NCBI GenBank assembly: GCA_000708835.1
Contig: DF237376.1
Location: 1 to 64,000, forward strand
Length of the DNA: 64,000 bases
Direction of reading: 5' to 3'
Origin: Klebsormidium nitens
Taxonomy: Eukaryota; Plantae; Klebsormidiophyceae
Shown here: in pieces, positions 36,301 to 47,868 of the stretch
How the letters are laid out: each line of letters begins with the position of its first letter
Position numbering within the stretch: the stretch's first letter is position 1
Program-made: the position numbers and the translations under genes
The notes under the pieces: model-generated
Databases searched by the model: none
What the model saw: only the letters and a program-made list of their open reading frames with translations
Told to the model about the DNA's origin: nothing

Positions 36301-39300
36301 CATTGCAGGATCACTGCAAAGGACGTCCTCGACAAGGAGCTCGGTCCGCGGCTCGTGACCGTCGCCACGCTGCGCAAGCAGAGCCTCCTCTCGTACATTT
36401 CCAGCGAGCACAACAACATGGATCTCATTGGCTCCCGCGTCCTCATCACCCAGATGCTTCGCAGAGTCAACAACGGCTCAAGACTCAATGCGTTTGACAT
36501 CACGCTCGGGACACAGGACCTCTACTCCGCGATCGGTGCGCTCGATCAGTACCAAGACGGGGCCATCTTTGACCTGAACGGGACCATGATCTTCCAGACG
36601 AACAACTTTGTGAACTCGACGAGAGCGGTCCAGTCCAGCGTGCAGAGCCTTAACTACACGGACGGCGTTGCGTTTACGTTCATGAACAAGGGGCGGCCGC
36701 CGAGCGACGCGCTGATCCTGCTGTCGGTGCGGGTGATCAACAACTCGCAGCCGCTCGGGTATCTGCAGTGCACGATCGAGGCGGCCGCGTTTCGGAGGCT
36801 GGTTTACGAGCCGGCCGGATTAGAGAATACGGGGGAGGTGCTTGTCGTCTGCCCGGGGCCGGAGCCGAACACAATGGAGTTCCTGGTGGATCCTCAGCTG
36901 TCGCATGGGCGGTTTGAGGCGCCGTTCACGAGAGGGTTGTTTCGGGTGAGCTGGCGGTCGATTGCGGAGCTGAGGGAGATTCAGTCCGCTGGGGAGGAGA
37001 GAATGGTTGACCTTGGCTTTCACCCAGTAGTTCTTGCTCTGTAGTAGAGCTTTTTCCAAGTACAGACACCTATGCAGTTCACAAATGGAAGTCGCAGACA
37101 GTTTGTGCAGGTCATGAGTAGCATGATTAAGGTGAGCAAGGACGGTATCCGGCGTTGTGGCAGGGTTATAGGCAGCTGTCCAATCTCAGTTCTGTCAAGC
37201 TTGCCCAGGCCTCAGCGCCAAGCTCCAAGCCCAGCGTGACGCGTTTCCGACGGCCGTCGTGATTCCGACGTCGGTCGTGTTTGTCCAGGCCATCTATATG
37301 AAAGAAAGCGGCTCGATCACGGAGAAAGACTACCGGGGTATCAAGGTCGCCGCAGCGTACGCGCCCATGGATTTCGCGGACTGGGGTGAGCATCACGCGC
37401 TTTGAATGAGCGAGCAGAGGGGTGCTCTTGCAATGCCTTGAAAAGAGCAAGGAAGAGATGATGTGGCTTCGCTATCCTCGTGTCCCAAGATAGAACGCTT
37501 ACTGCATTGGGGAGGAGGATTGGTTGAGCTTAGCTCGGGTCAGTGACGTGCAGAGGCGGCTAGGCGGCTGATTTTCGCTTTTGTTTGACCTCTACAGTGT
37601 GCTCATCCATCCCTTGAAAGCAGACGATCATAGAATTCTACGCAGTTCTCGAAATGCTGAGTCCTGCAACTCCTCAGCAGCCAGGCCCGGAGGCCGAAGC
37701 TTTGTGTTGTTGCCTCACTTTCAGCTTTTCCGGAAGCCTGGCGCCCGTTTCGAACAGTTGGTTGAATTAAAGAGACAGCCCATTGTGGTTCTGATCCGCA
37801 CAAGGGGCGTTTCTCTGAAAAGATAGGGCTATAGTAGGACATATACAGGGCTCGAAACGTCAAACTGTCGAAGGCCTCTGGTGTATTGGCCCCACGCATC
37901 GAGGCGAAGCCGAACTTTGACGAGGCGTGCTTTCCGGATCCTGAGACACCCTTCACTTCGAAGTTGCTAGTGTCCACATACTTTATTGTGAAAACTTGAA
38001 GGTTTATTCATAATTTCTTGGTCGTAGAAGCTCCAATCTTCCACTGCCAGGCGTCGAGGTGAATGACGACGAATTTTTCACCGCAAATGCCACATTCTCC
38101 CCAGCTTACGTTGCGAATGTTCAGGCTGCACTCCTGATCAATTGGCGTGGATTCAAAAAGGAACCTCCCTAATATGTTGTCTTCCTCGCTCCCCTGCCAG
38201 GCATTGAGGCGAAGCTAAACTACGACGAAGCGTTCCACCCGATCCACCGCATCCGTATCATTCTGATCAGCTGCATGGTCAGCGTGCTCGTGTTCGGCAT
38301 TGGCGCGTCCTACTTCCTGGCGCGCCTTTTCACGCACCGCATCGTGGAGCTGAACAAGACGGCGGCGGCGCTCGCGGGGGGGGACATGAATGCGCGCGTG
38401 CCGGAGCGCAAGCCCTGGATGAAGGACGAGGTCTATGAGGTGGGGGTCTAACCATTTTTCTCTCTTTTGCGGTGCGAATTGTCATTGTCATGCGGAGAGT
38501 CTGGAGAAGACGAGGAAAATGCGCTCAGGAGAATGAGGGTGTTTGAAATGGGTCTGGCGAGCTGCTGAAGCTCCGGGGTGCAGACTGGTTGTGGAGAGAC
38601 ACGCTTGAAGTCAGAACTTGGCATTATCGATTGAGTCGATTGCAAAGATGTTTTTTAATGTTTTATGTGGCCCCGTTGGTTCCTTCGTCGACGAGACAGT
38701 TCCAAAGGGTTGGAGCCGAAGTCGATTCCAAACGTCGAAGCGTTCGTCTGAAACTGGTCGTCGGGCACATCTAAAAACACCGAGTCTCGGTTTCACAGTT
38801 CAACATGATCGGCCGAGATGACGACCGATCTACTGCAAACTTTGACACCCTGTTTTCAGAGATTCATAAGAGCCCGGCATTATTTCCGCAGCTGACACGG
38901 ACGTTCAATATGTGGCAGCGGAGCCAGCGTCCAACCGGTCGACGCTGGAGGCGCACAGTCCCTTTCACTAGAGTTGCTTCTGACGCGTTTTAATGGTTGT
39001 ATCCAAGTGCCAGACTTGACTCTCAAACTCGCGATGATTCCCAAAAATACTCGATCTTGGTCCGCAGCTGACGCGGACGTTCAACATGATGGCAGCGGAG
39101 CTAGCGACCAACCAGTCGACGCTGGAGGCGCGCAGCATCTTTTGTTACGATCCGTACCTGACCCGTCTTATTGTTTGTTTTTGGAAGCAAAACGTGGTTT
39201 CTAAACCCGCAAGAATCATTTTTCCCTGTATTTTTTCTGCTGCTGACGCGAACGTTCAACATCATGGCGGCGGAGCTGGCGACCAACAGGTCGACGCTGG

Positions 39301-42300
39301 AGGCACGCGGAACCTTCTATTACGGAAAGCACCTGACCTGTTTCATTCTCCGTTCTGACTGGGAACTTTGGCGTCGAATATGCGAGAACTAAACAATATT
39401 ACCATTGCGCAGCTGACGCGGACGTTCAACATGATGGCGGCGGAGCTGGCGACCAACCGGTCGACGCTAGAGGCGCGCGTGCTGGAGCGCACGCGCGATC
39501 TCGCGGCCGCCAACGCGGGGCTGGCGCTGGAGATCGAGGAGCGGAAGAAGGCGGAGGCGGAGGTGGTCAAGGCCAAGGACGAGGCGGTCACCGCGAACAA
39601 CATCAAGTCCAACTTCCTGGCCAACATGAGCCACGAGATCCGGACGCCGCTGAACGGTGCGTGGGGAGGCTATCGCTGCTTTAGACTCTTCTTGAGCGGG
39701 AGATGCTTCCGAGTTATGTGGTTACCTAGTAGTGCTGTGCATTTTTGAGGGTTGGCTCCACAGGGAAGCTGTTGAATGGGGCCAGGGGGTCTGAAAATAA
39801 GTCAAAGGCAGATCTAAGGATTTTAAAGGCGTCGTTAAGCACCTCTTTTCGGAGGTCGCGTGGAGTGTTTGCTGATTGTAATGTAGGGCTATCGGAAGAG
39901 AGGGCAGATTTTGCAGACTTATCCTCTATCCGACGCCCTATCCGTGCAGGGATCATCAATTGTACGGAGCTGTGCCTGGACACGCGGATCACACCTGACC
40001 AGCAAGAGTATCTGGGCCTCGTCAAGTTTTCGGCCGAGCACCTCTTGAACGTCATCAATGATATACTGGTGAGTTTTCAGCCGGACTGATTATGGTTGGC
40101 CGAACTTGAGTGGACGGACTGGAAAAGGCCGGAAAAATGTAACGTTCGTTTCAGGGTAGGATGTCAAGCACAAGTCGCTGTGGAGCTCGTGGGCGGTTTC
40201 AGCATCTGCAAAGAAAAGAGCCTTCGTTTTTTGGATTTTCAAAGTCTCGCATGTTGCCTAAAGCTTTTGCAGCGGTGACAGGTGTCAATCGAAGCTGAAG
40301 CTGCTTGCAGTTTTTCGAATTCATCTTGCAAGTCAAATGCAAAGCGCATTGTCACTCTTGTTACCTAGGTGGCCTTCAAATCTAGGCGCTTGGAAAGCGT
40401 TCGCGCGCAGAACTTCTCGCTATTAGGCCCCTCGTCTGAAACTTCATTGATACCGAACTCCCTCCCCCACGCAGGACTTTTCCAAGATCGAGGCGGGCAA
40501 GATGGACCTGGAGAAGATCGAGTTCTCGCTGCGTAGTCAGTTGGAGCACGCGGTGTCGGTGCTTGCGGTGCGCGCGAGCAAGCGCAACGTCGAGCTGCTG
40601 TGTGACGTCAGCCCGGACGTACCGGACCGCCTCCTGGGGGACCCCGGCCGGCTCTTCCAGATATTCGTAAACTTGATAGGTGAGCATCTGGGGAGATTTG
40701 TGCTCTGGTGAGGCTCGTCTATTGACGTCTTTTGTGTCTTTTCCGGACCTGTTTGTCCTACAAAAGGTGAAACAGTCATGGGTTTTTGCTCAAGTGTTGC
40801 TTGTTTGTGTGTTTGGTGATCTTGCTATGCTTTCTAAATGTGGCCTCAGGGAGCAGGCGTGAAAATCTGAACACTTCCACCGGTTGCGTAAAAAAATGTC
40901 ATCATCCCCTTGACAGCGCTGGAGTTTTTTCTGCACGTTTCAAGCATGCGCTTTGGACTCGTTTTAGCTCGCCAGGCCTTCGTCTGACCGGCCGACCTGC
41001 TCGCATCATGCAGGAAACGCGATAAAGTTCACACCGGCCCCGGGTGTGCCCCGGGGTCAGGTACTCGTCACGGCGTTGGTAGAGAGCATGTCGGAAAGCG
41101 GTGACGTCATGCTGAGGCTGATCGTAGAAGATACAGGTAAGACGTGGCGCCCACACAGGCAGCGGCTTCTTCTTTTGGGCATGATCCGCTCTCAATCGTT
41201 CTACTTTTGAAAGTGCTGTAGCTGGCATTTGAAAGAAGCAGTTACTTTTCAGCAGCTGGCAATCAGGATGACGTAAGCGTGCATCAGCTCGCATCTGAAG
41301 GAGAGCAGCCACCCAGTTATTGGCTTTGATGCAGGGACAAATGTGGAATGTGGAGAGTGCGTCCAAATTGTAAGCTTCCAGGCTGACTCCTGGTCTGGTT
41401 GGGGGCGTTGCAGGTATAGGCATCGCGCGCGACAAGCAAAAGTTCCTCTTCAAGGCCTTCTCTCAGGTTGACAGCTCTACGACACGGCTCTACGGGGGCA
41501 CAGGTAATGACCGCACCTCGGGCTCGTGTTCAGGGTTTGTCTTTTGTTCGCTTTCACGTCAGTGCGCGGCGCAGAATTGACTCTACCAAGGGGGTGCTCA
41601 TTTGCGGCCTCTCGTTCCATCGTGGCAGCTCGTATGCAGATTCTCTTCTTGTCAGCCCTAGGCGCGTTGAATTGCTCTTTGGCATGCAGGACGGCTCACG
41701 TCTTCTTTGTTTGCCTGTCCAAGCTGATGTGGTTGAGCAGTTAGGGCTTGGAAAGAGCCTCTCGAGATAGATTCTCTTGATTCTTGCCGTTCCCCGTATT
41801 CACTGCCGCTGCATTGTGCCCCTGATCTTTGCTTCACCGACCGTTGGGTCCAAACACGTTTGTTGCATCTCAGCTCCGTTCCCTTTCCACATACTGCTCC
41901 AATCCTCTGATTTATTTTCACGCGCTTTCTGCTCTGCCGTTTCTTCGCTCCCGCTTTGGTCATTTCTCCGGATTGGCGGTTGCAGCAAGGCCTCCACAAC
42001 TCAACTGCCTCCTTATCCCGACCTGTCGTTCACTTCCGATACATTGGGTACCTGCGCTGACCTCAGTCTCTCTCCATGCTGACGCATCTTTTCGCCTCCC
42101 GTCCTCTTTCCGCAGGGTTGGGTCTGGTCATCTCCGCGAAGCTGGCCGCCGCGATGGGGGGGCAAATGTGGGTGGACAGCGAGGAGGGGAACGGCAGCAA
42201 GTTCAGCTTCACCGCCAAATTTGAGCTCAGCCCCGATCAGGACCAGCGGCGGCTATCGGTCGAGATCGAGAGCATGGAGGTGAGCCGGGTCTTCATTTGG

Positions 42301-45248
42301 ACATTCGAACAGGCTGGTCATTTGGTCAAGACATTTGAAAATCAGTCTCTGGTTTGCATGTCTCTCACTCTTCCGTATGGGCGCACATCCCGGAGTAAGT
42401 TGTTGAATAACCTCAGGCGTTTGACGCAGCTTGGCTTCAGAGTCAGGCTGGCGCCCGTCTTGCGCACTTCTCGAAGTCTTAGACGATAGATTGTCTATGT
42501 CGATTATAACCATCCTTCGCGAAATTTCTTGCAGCACCTTTCTCCTTCTTCGGTTTTTGCTTCGATTCAAAAACAACTTCACTAGATCTCTTCAGAAACT
42601 CATGCACGCTTTCGGGCTCTGCTTTCGTCATCAAACCACTCCATGCTGACGTCGACTCTCGTCACCCCCACAGGACGTCTCCGTGCTGGTCGTCGACGAC
42701 AACCCGACCTCGTGCGCGCTCCTCGAGCGCATGCTGACGTCATGGAAGGCGGCCGCGCGCTCGGTCCCGGGGGCATTCGAGGCCGCGGCCGCGCTGTCCG
42801 AGGCTGCGCGTGCGGGATGTCCATACCAGGTTAGAGGAATGGATCGCCAAGGGCAGATTAATGGGCTGCGATGTGGATCTGCTTAAGCAGGCCGATTGCA
42901 TGCTGGATTACATGCTTGAGGGGACTAAATTCGTTGCAACTTGGTATGTTTTGTTCCTGACAGCCCTCTAATGAATTCTGTGGCCTCATCCCAAGCGCTT
43001 TGGTTGGAACGTTCTGGCGCTTCGCTAACTTGGCGGCTGCCCTCCGGGATCGTAATACAGACTGCTACCAACACCATTCACACCTCAACAGTCGCAATTG
43101 TAAGAACCCTTTTGTGGTGACCAGCGGTATCTATTCCTTTCCATTTTGGAACTTGCAAACGTAAGTTGTTGAATCTTTACTGCATCCCTGTTGGCGCCCA
43201 TCTTGCTGACACGTTTCGCAAGCCCTTGCTCAGGTGTTGCTTGTCGATCTGGACATGCCGGACATCGACGGTCTAGAGTTGCTGCGCATGCTGCGCGAGG
43301 AGCGGCCCGCGCTGCTCGAGGGCGTCGCGGTCGTCATGCTGACGCCGGTCGACTACGGGGACTTGCACAAGCTTAAGGAGCTTAACGTACAGGTAAGGGG
43401 CGGTTTTCTCGATTTGCTGAACTGCTGTCGTAGTAGGGTTTGCTTGCCGGGTGTTTTCAGGGTGGATTTCGCATGTCTTCATGCTCGCTCGGGTCTCTTC
43501 TCACCTTCGGGGAAGCTCTAAGGCTTTGCAGCTTGCTTCATCTCGCTGTGCATTTTCGGTTTTTATCGTACTCAGCCTTGCCCCTTCACGTGAGCGATTG
43601 GTCAACGAAATTATAACGAAGCGCCTTCACAAACCGCGTCAAACTCAGGGCGCCAGCCCATCAAGTTGCTTGGCCCTGGACTATTATGCGCTAGTTGCTT
43701 GCTTCTGCATGTAGTCATTCTCCGAGATATTTGATTCTGACATTCAAGGTTCAGCTTTTCCTAAGGGCAATACATAACCAAGCCATGTGCTCGTTCTGTC
43801 TCTTGGTCCATAGCATGAAGAAAATTTTTCTCCGCATTCAGGGCAACTGCACAAAACCGATCAAGGAGTCGGCCCTCCTACGGACGCTCCACGGCGCCAT
43901 CGGCAGTTCGGCGTCGCCCGGGCGGCAGTCTCTCTCCGAGCCACGGAAGCGACTCGCCCCGCAGAAAAAGCTCCACATTCTAGTTGCCGAGGACAACCTG
44001 GTGAACCAGGCGGTGGCGCGCGCGCTGCTCACGAAATGGGGGCACACCCTGCGGATCGCGCCAAATGGGCGGGAGGCGGTGGAGATGGTCACGAAGGAGC
44101 GCTTTGACATCTGCCTCATGGATGTAAGTGCTTTTGGTTTGAGGTTGCGTGCTCAAGAATCGTGTTGATTCTATTGGCTGCTTGAGGGATTGCCGCGACT
44201 GCCCCACAGACAAGGTCGTTTAGGTGATATTCAGAAAGAGGGGACACCATGTGTATGTCCCGAGGTAGTCGCCCTTTCGCAACGCTTCTCTTCGCCACTT
44301 CGTCGCAGCCCCTGCCCTTATCATCAAATTCTTGCAGTTTCGCGTCGCTTTTGCTTGAAAAACCGCGAAGCTTCGGTGCTCCGTGCAGACAAAGAAAGTA
44401 ATGATTCTGGAGAGACACTGTTCCGTTGATAAGATTTCAGAAAGCGTCCGTAATGCTCTAAGACTTCCATGTGAGGGAAGTTGCATGGAAAACAAGTTGC
44501 TTCAGGAACTCTCAAAAGAGAGAAGTACGTTCCACGCAATCCATTATTCTCGTGCGTCATCCCATCCAGGTGCAAATGCCGGTCATGGACGGGTTGCAAG
44601 CGACGGAGTTGATACGGATAGAAGAGGGGACGTCGGGGCGGCACATACCCATCGTCGCAATGACAGCGCACGCGATGGCCGGGGATGCTGAGCGCTGCAT
44701 TGCCGTTGGAATGGACGGCTATTTGAGGTCAGTGCTGCGGTTTCCATCTTGAAGCTTGTGGGCGACTTGTATGCGGGTTCCACGTGTCCAATACTGGATG
44801 CCCTTTGGTTGTTGGGTCCGGCTCGTGGTTAAAGTCTGGTTCCTTATCGGGCAGTCTCAAGTTCGCTATCTTCTAGATTACTGAACTCATGGCCGCTGCG
44901 GCCGGTCCGGCTCTCTGGCCATGATCCTTGACGACTTTCCTGAGCTGGCAATCATAGGAGTTTGAATCGGAAGTTTTTGCCGGCATCCGTTCCCAAACAG
45001 CAATTTGACCTAAGGGTTGTTCCTGCAATGTGATGTTGTGCCTTCAGTCTGTTGCGCTGCTTATTCTGTTCGGCAGGAACTTGTTCAAGGTCACATTTGC
45101 GTGCGCTTCTGTCTGCAGCAAACCCCTGAACGCCGAGAAGCTTCATGCGTTGCTGCGCGACTACGCTCTCGGCAATACGGTTCAGGCGATCATGACGACG
45201 CAAGACATCGAACCCGAAAAGAAGAATCCCCGGAGAGCGTCCGCTTGA
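33353..45248 (+). CDS. Hybrid sensor histidine kinase: TM - Cache-like sensor - TM - HAMP - HisKA - HATPase - REC - REC, 15 exons
   Basis: Exons: 33353-33654, 36309-36945, 37289-37385, 38201-38439, 39413-39656, 39950-40068, 40475-40679, 41014-41136, 41414-41503, 42116-42279, 42674-42829, 43234-43392, 43842-44123, 44570-44727, 45119-45248. Motifs: Cache-like [18 protein letters not shown] ([22 protein letters not shown]), H-box [11 protein letters not shown]-box NLIGNAIKFT, G1 DTGIGI, F/G2 [22 protein letters not shown]1 LVDLDMP, REC2 LMDVQMP...YLSKP. Confidence 0.93.
36011..36211 (+). repeat. Imperfect tandem direct repeat (about 60 bp core, about 145 bp period) in intron 1 of the histidine kinase
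   Basis: CCCCTCCTCAAATAAGAGTTGTTTAGAAGTCAAGCTAGCT...CTCAAAGCTCCT at 36011 versus CCCCTCCCTCAAATAAAGGTTGTCTAGAAGTCAGGCTAGCT...CTCAAAGCTCCT at about 36155. Confidence 0.8.
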
Positions 45249-47055
45249 CATGTAGCATAGGAGACTGATCATGTATCATAGGTGACGAAATTGAGGGTTT
45301 CCTAGAAAACTTCGAAAGAACGAGTTATTGCTTGCGCGCGGCCGATCACGTGCTGCCGACTCGGGCAACGGTTGGGGCACCTCATTGACTTACTATAGAT
45401 GGGTAATCTACACTGCACTGAACTGAGCTAGCCTAGTCTTTCTGGTGGGTCCGCAATGTTAGAGATTGCCTGTACACTGGATGGGTGAGGATAACAGCGC
45501 TGCGTGCTAGCCCTTTGACAAAGGTCAAGGAGCTTATAGACGTTCGGATCCACAGGTGTTCATTAGTGGGCCTGGTCAGACACCCGTTGACAGTCAAATA
45601 TAAATCGGAGGCTCGCAGCGGGAATATTTGTGGATCCCAGACACCTTGATATTGAAAGCATTCCGACTCTTCTGACCTGCCAGAACATCCTGATCAATGC
45701 GCGGGTGACTTTCTTTGTTTGTCGATGTGGATGACGAAGATTGCGTACATGATGATGTGGGCAGACATCAAATTAGCCCCCAATTTCCGGTACTTGACGG
45801 ACTGGCACGGCTTTGATTTCACTGCGTGTGGCCAAGCTCAACCTTTGCGTGTCAATTAGAAGATTACGGTCGACGGGCATGCCGCGGCCTGCTAACAGTG
45901 TAGCTAGATCGTGTTAAAATAATGCTGACGAATCCGGATGGTCGGACGTACGTACGTACATGCTAGGGCGGCTGAAACGTCAGTGCCTTGCTCAAGGTGG
46001 CAAGCTGTTGTTTTTTGAACGTCTTTCGCCTTACAAACGAATCCTTGAAAGAAAACAGGGATCCTCATGCAATCAGCCTTCAAACACGTGACATGGGCCG
46101 GCGGCGATTGCGCTGTCAAATTGAATTCTCTATCAGCCGAGTGTGTCGAACCGGCTTTACGATGGCAGCCGGACAACCGGCTAGCTTAAGGTCGATTTGG
46201 ATTCTCGCAGCTTCCTACAGAAGATTTGCAAGTGCGCCGGCATGCGGTCTTATATCTGGTTTGCATGTGCTTGTTCGAGAAGATCACCAAGAAGACTTTC
46301 AACACGACGATGAGTGTCCACTTGTGGTCCGACCTAGTCAATATAGCCCTTCAGATAGGCCTCAAATCCAGCATGATATCCTGATATCAGACTCTCGATA
46401 GGTCTTCCTTGCGAACCCTGCCCGGGTTCAAGAGACGTCGCAACATTCTTCCTTGGAGATCGAGTCAATGGGTTTGGCCTCGAACAGAGAGTTCTGATTG
46501 CTCAGGCGGCCGCGTTGCAGCTGATTCGGCGAACGACTTTGGTAAGCTTCATGAACCAGCACATGTCAAGCAATTGCCATCGCAAAGACAGACAGATGAT
46601 CATGCGAAAGCGACGAACTGATTGAGTGTACAGCGCTCCCGCAGTACTTTAGAAAGGGACCAGATTTTCTTGGGAATTCCCAAGCATGCAAACTATTGAC
46701 GTGCCATCCGTATCTCCAGAACCATTTCTAGAGGCGGAAAGAAACTCGCGAGCTTCCGCTACTAGGAGTGCTGAAACTTCGTGTCCAGTAGAAGCTCTTG
46801 AAGTCTGACAAGGCAGGGTCTGAAGGGTCATGTGTCGAGCCGCCATGATCACCGAACATAAAAAACTCTGATAATTGAATCTTGGTGACCTGACGATCAA
46901 CTTCAGTCGATAAGGAAACGTGAAGACTTTGGGTGCAGAGGAGTGGAGAGAGGGGTCACTCAAAACTTGAAAGCTTGGTCAATTAGCGGCAGTTCGGTCG
47001 GTTATACGGTAGCGTGCCGCGGCCGCCGCAATTATAAACGCCCTACCCAGACGGT

Positions 47056-47173
47056 CGGCCGGGTATCCGATAAGGCCCGGCCGCGCCATCTGAGCGCAAA
47101 TCTCGATTCCCTCAGCAAAACCCTGTGGCACGTACCACGTTCCGGGTGGCGGCCGCCACGCGCGCGGTGCGCC
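47056..47173 (+). repeat. Dispersed GC-rich palindromic element, copy 1
   Basis: Aligns with 55476-55609 (CCCGGCCGCG..CCAT, GCGCAAA.CTCGATT, GCAAAACCCTG, ACGTACCAC). Contains a hairpin at 47056-47083 and the perfect palindrome GTGGCGGCCGCCAC at 47146-47159. Confidence 0.7.
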
Positions 47174-47868
47174 GTTGTGGCATTTCTGTGCTGACTCTAT
47201 AACTCCGTGACAGCTTCAGACAAGAGAGGGCGTATTTTCACAATACCAAGATGGGGGGCAACGCAAGCAAAGAGGAAGGACCTAGATTGGACAACATATC
47301 TCGCTTCTTGCAGGTAAATGATCAGCCGTCCTTCTATAAGGACTGTAAGGATTGGTATGTCTCAGGATCTTCCCGCTCAATGTCTGGCGCCTGTTGTTGA
47401 CGATGATAGCGGTGCATTCACCGCTTTCCTCTGAAGGCTTTGAATAATCAAGAGGGGGCTCGAAGATTACGAACAAAAAGAGCTTTGAGTCTGATTGAAA
47501 GCGATGATAAGCTCACAAAGCAAGTTCTCTTTCAATACTAGTCTTTCCTCCCTGAGGTATGAGCTCCATATCTGTTTGCAAAAGAGAACTTCTTTACTCT
47601 GTGTAGACCAGACCAACTCTGAAGATTCTGAAGCATGCTTACTGCATCTATTTCCCGCAGGAAAAACGCACGTGATACTCCTCGAATCGGGTCAAAAGCC
47701 TGACAACAGAAACGCTGTGTATACCATTTGCGAAGCGGCAGGCAAAATGATACTTTCCCCGATGAACAGGTGAACAGATATCCGGGGCCTGGTCATTTCT
47801 AGCTTATTGAAATTCTACCTCAAGGGATTCGATCTGCAAAGAACTTGGAAGTGATTGACTAATCAGGT

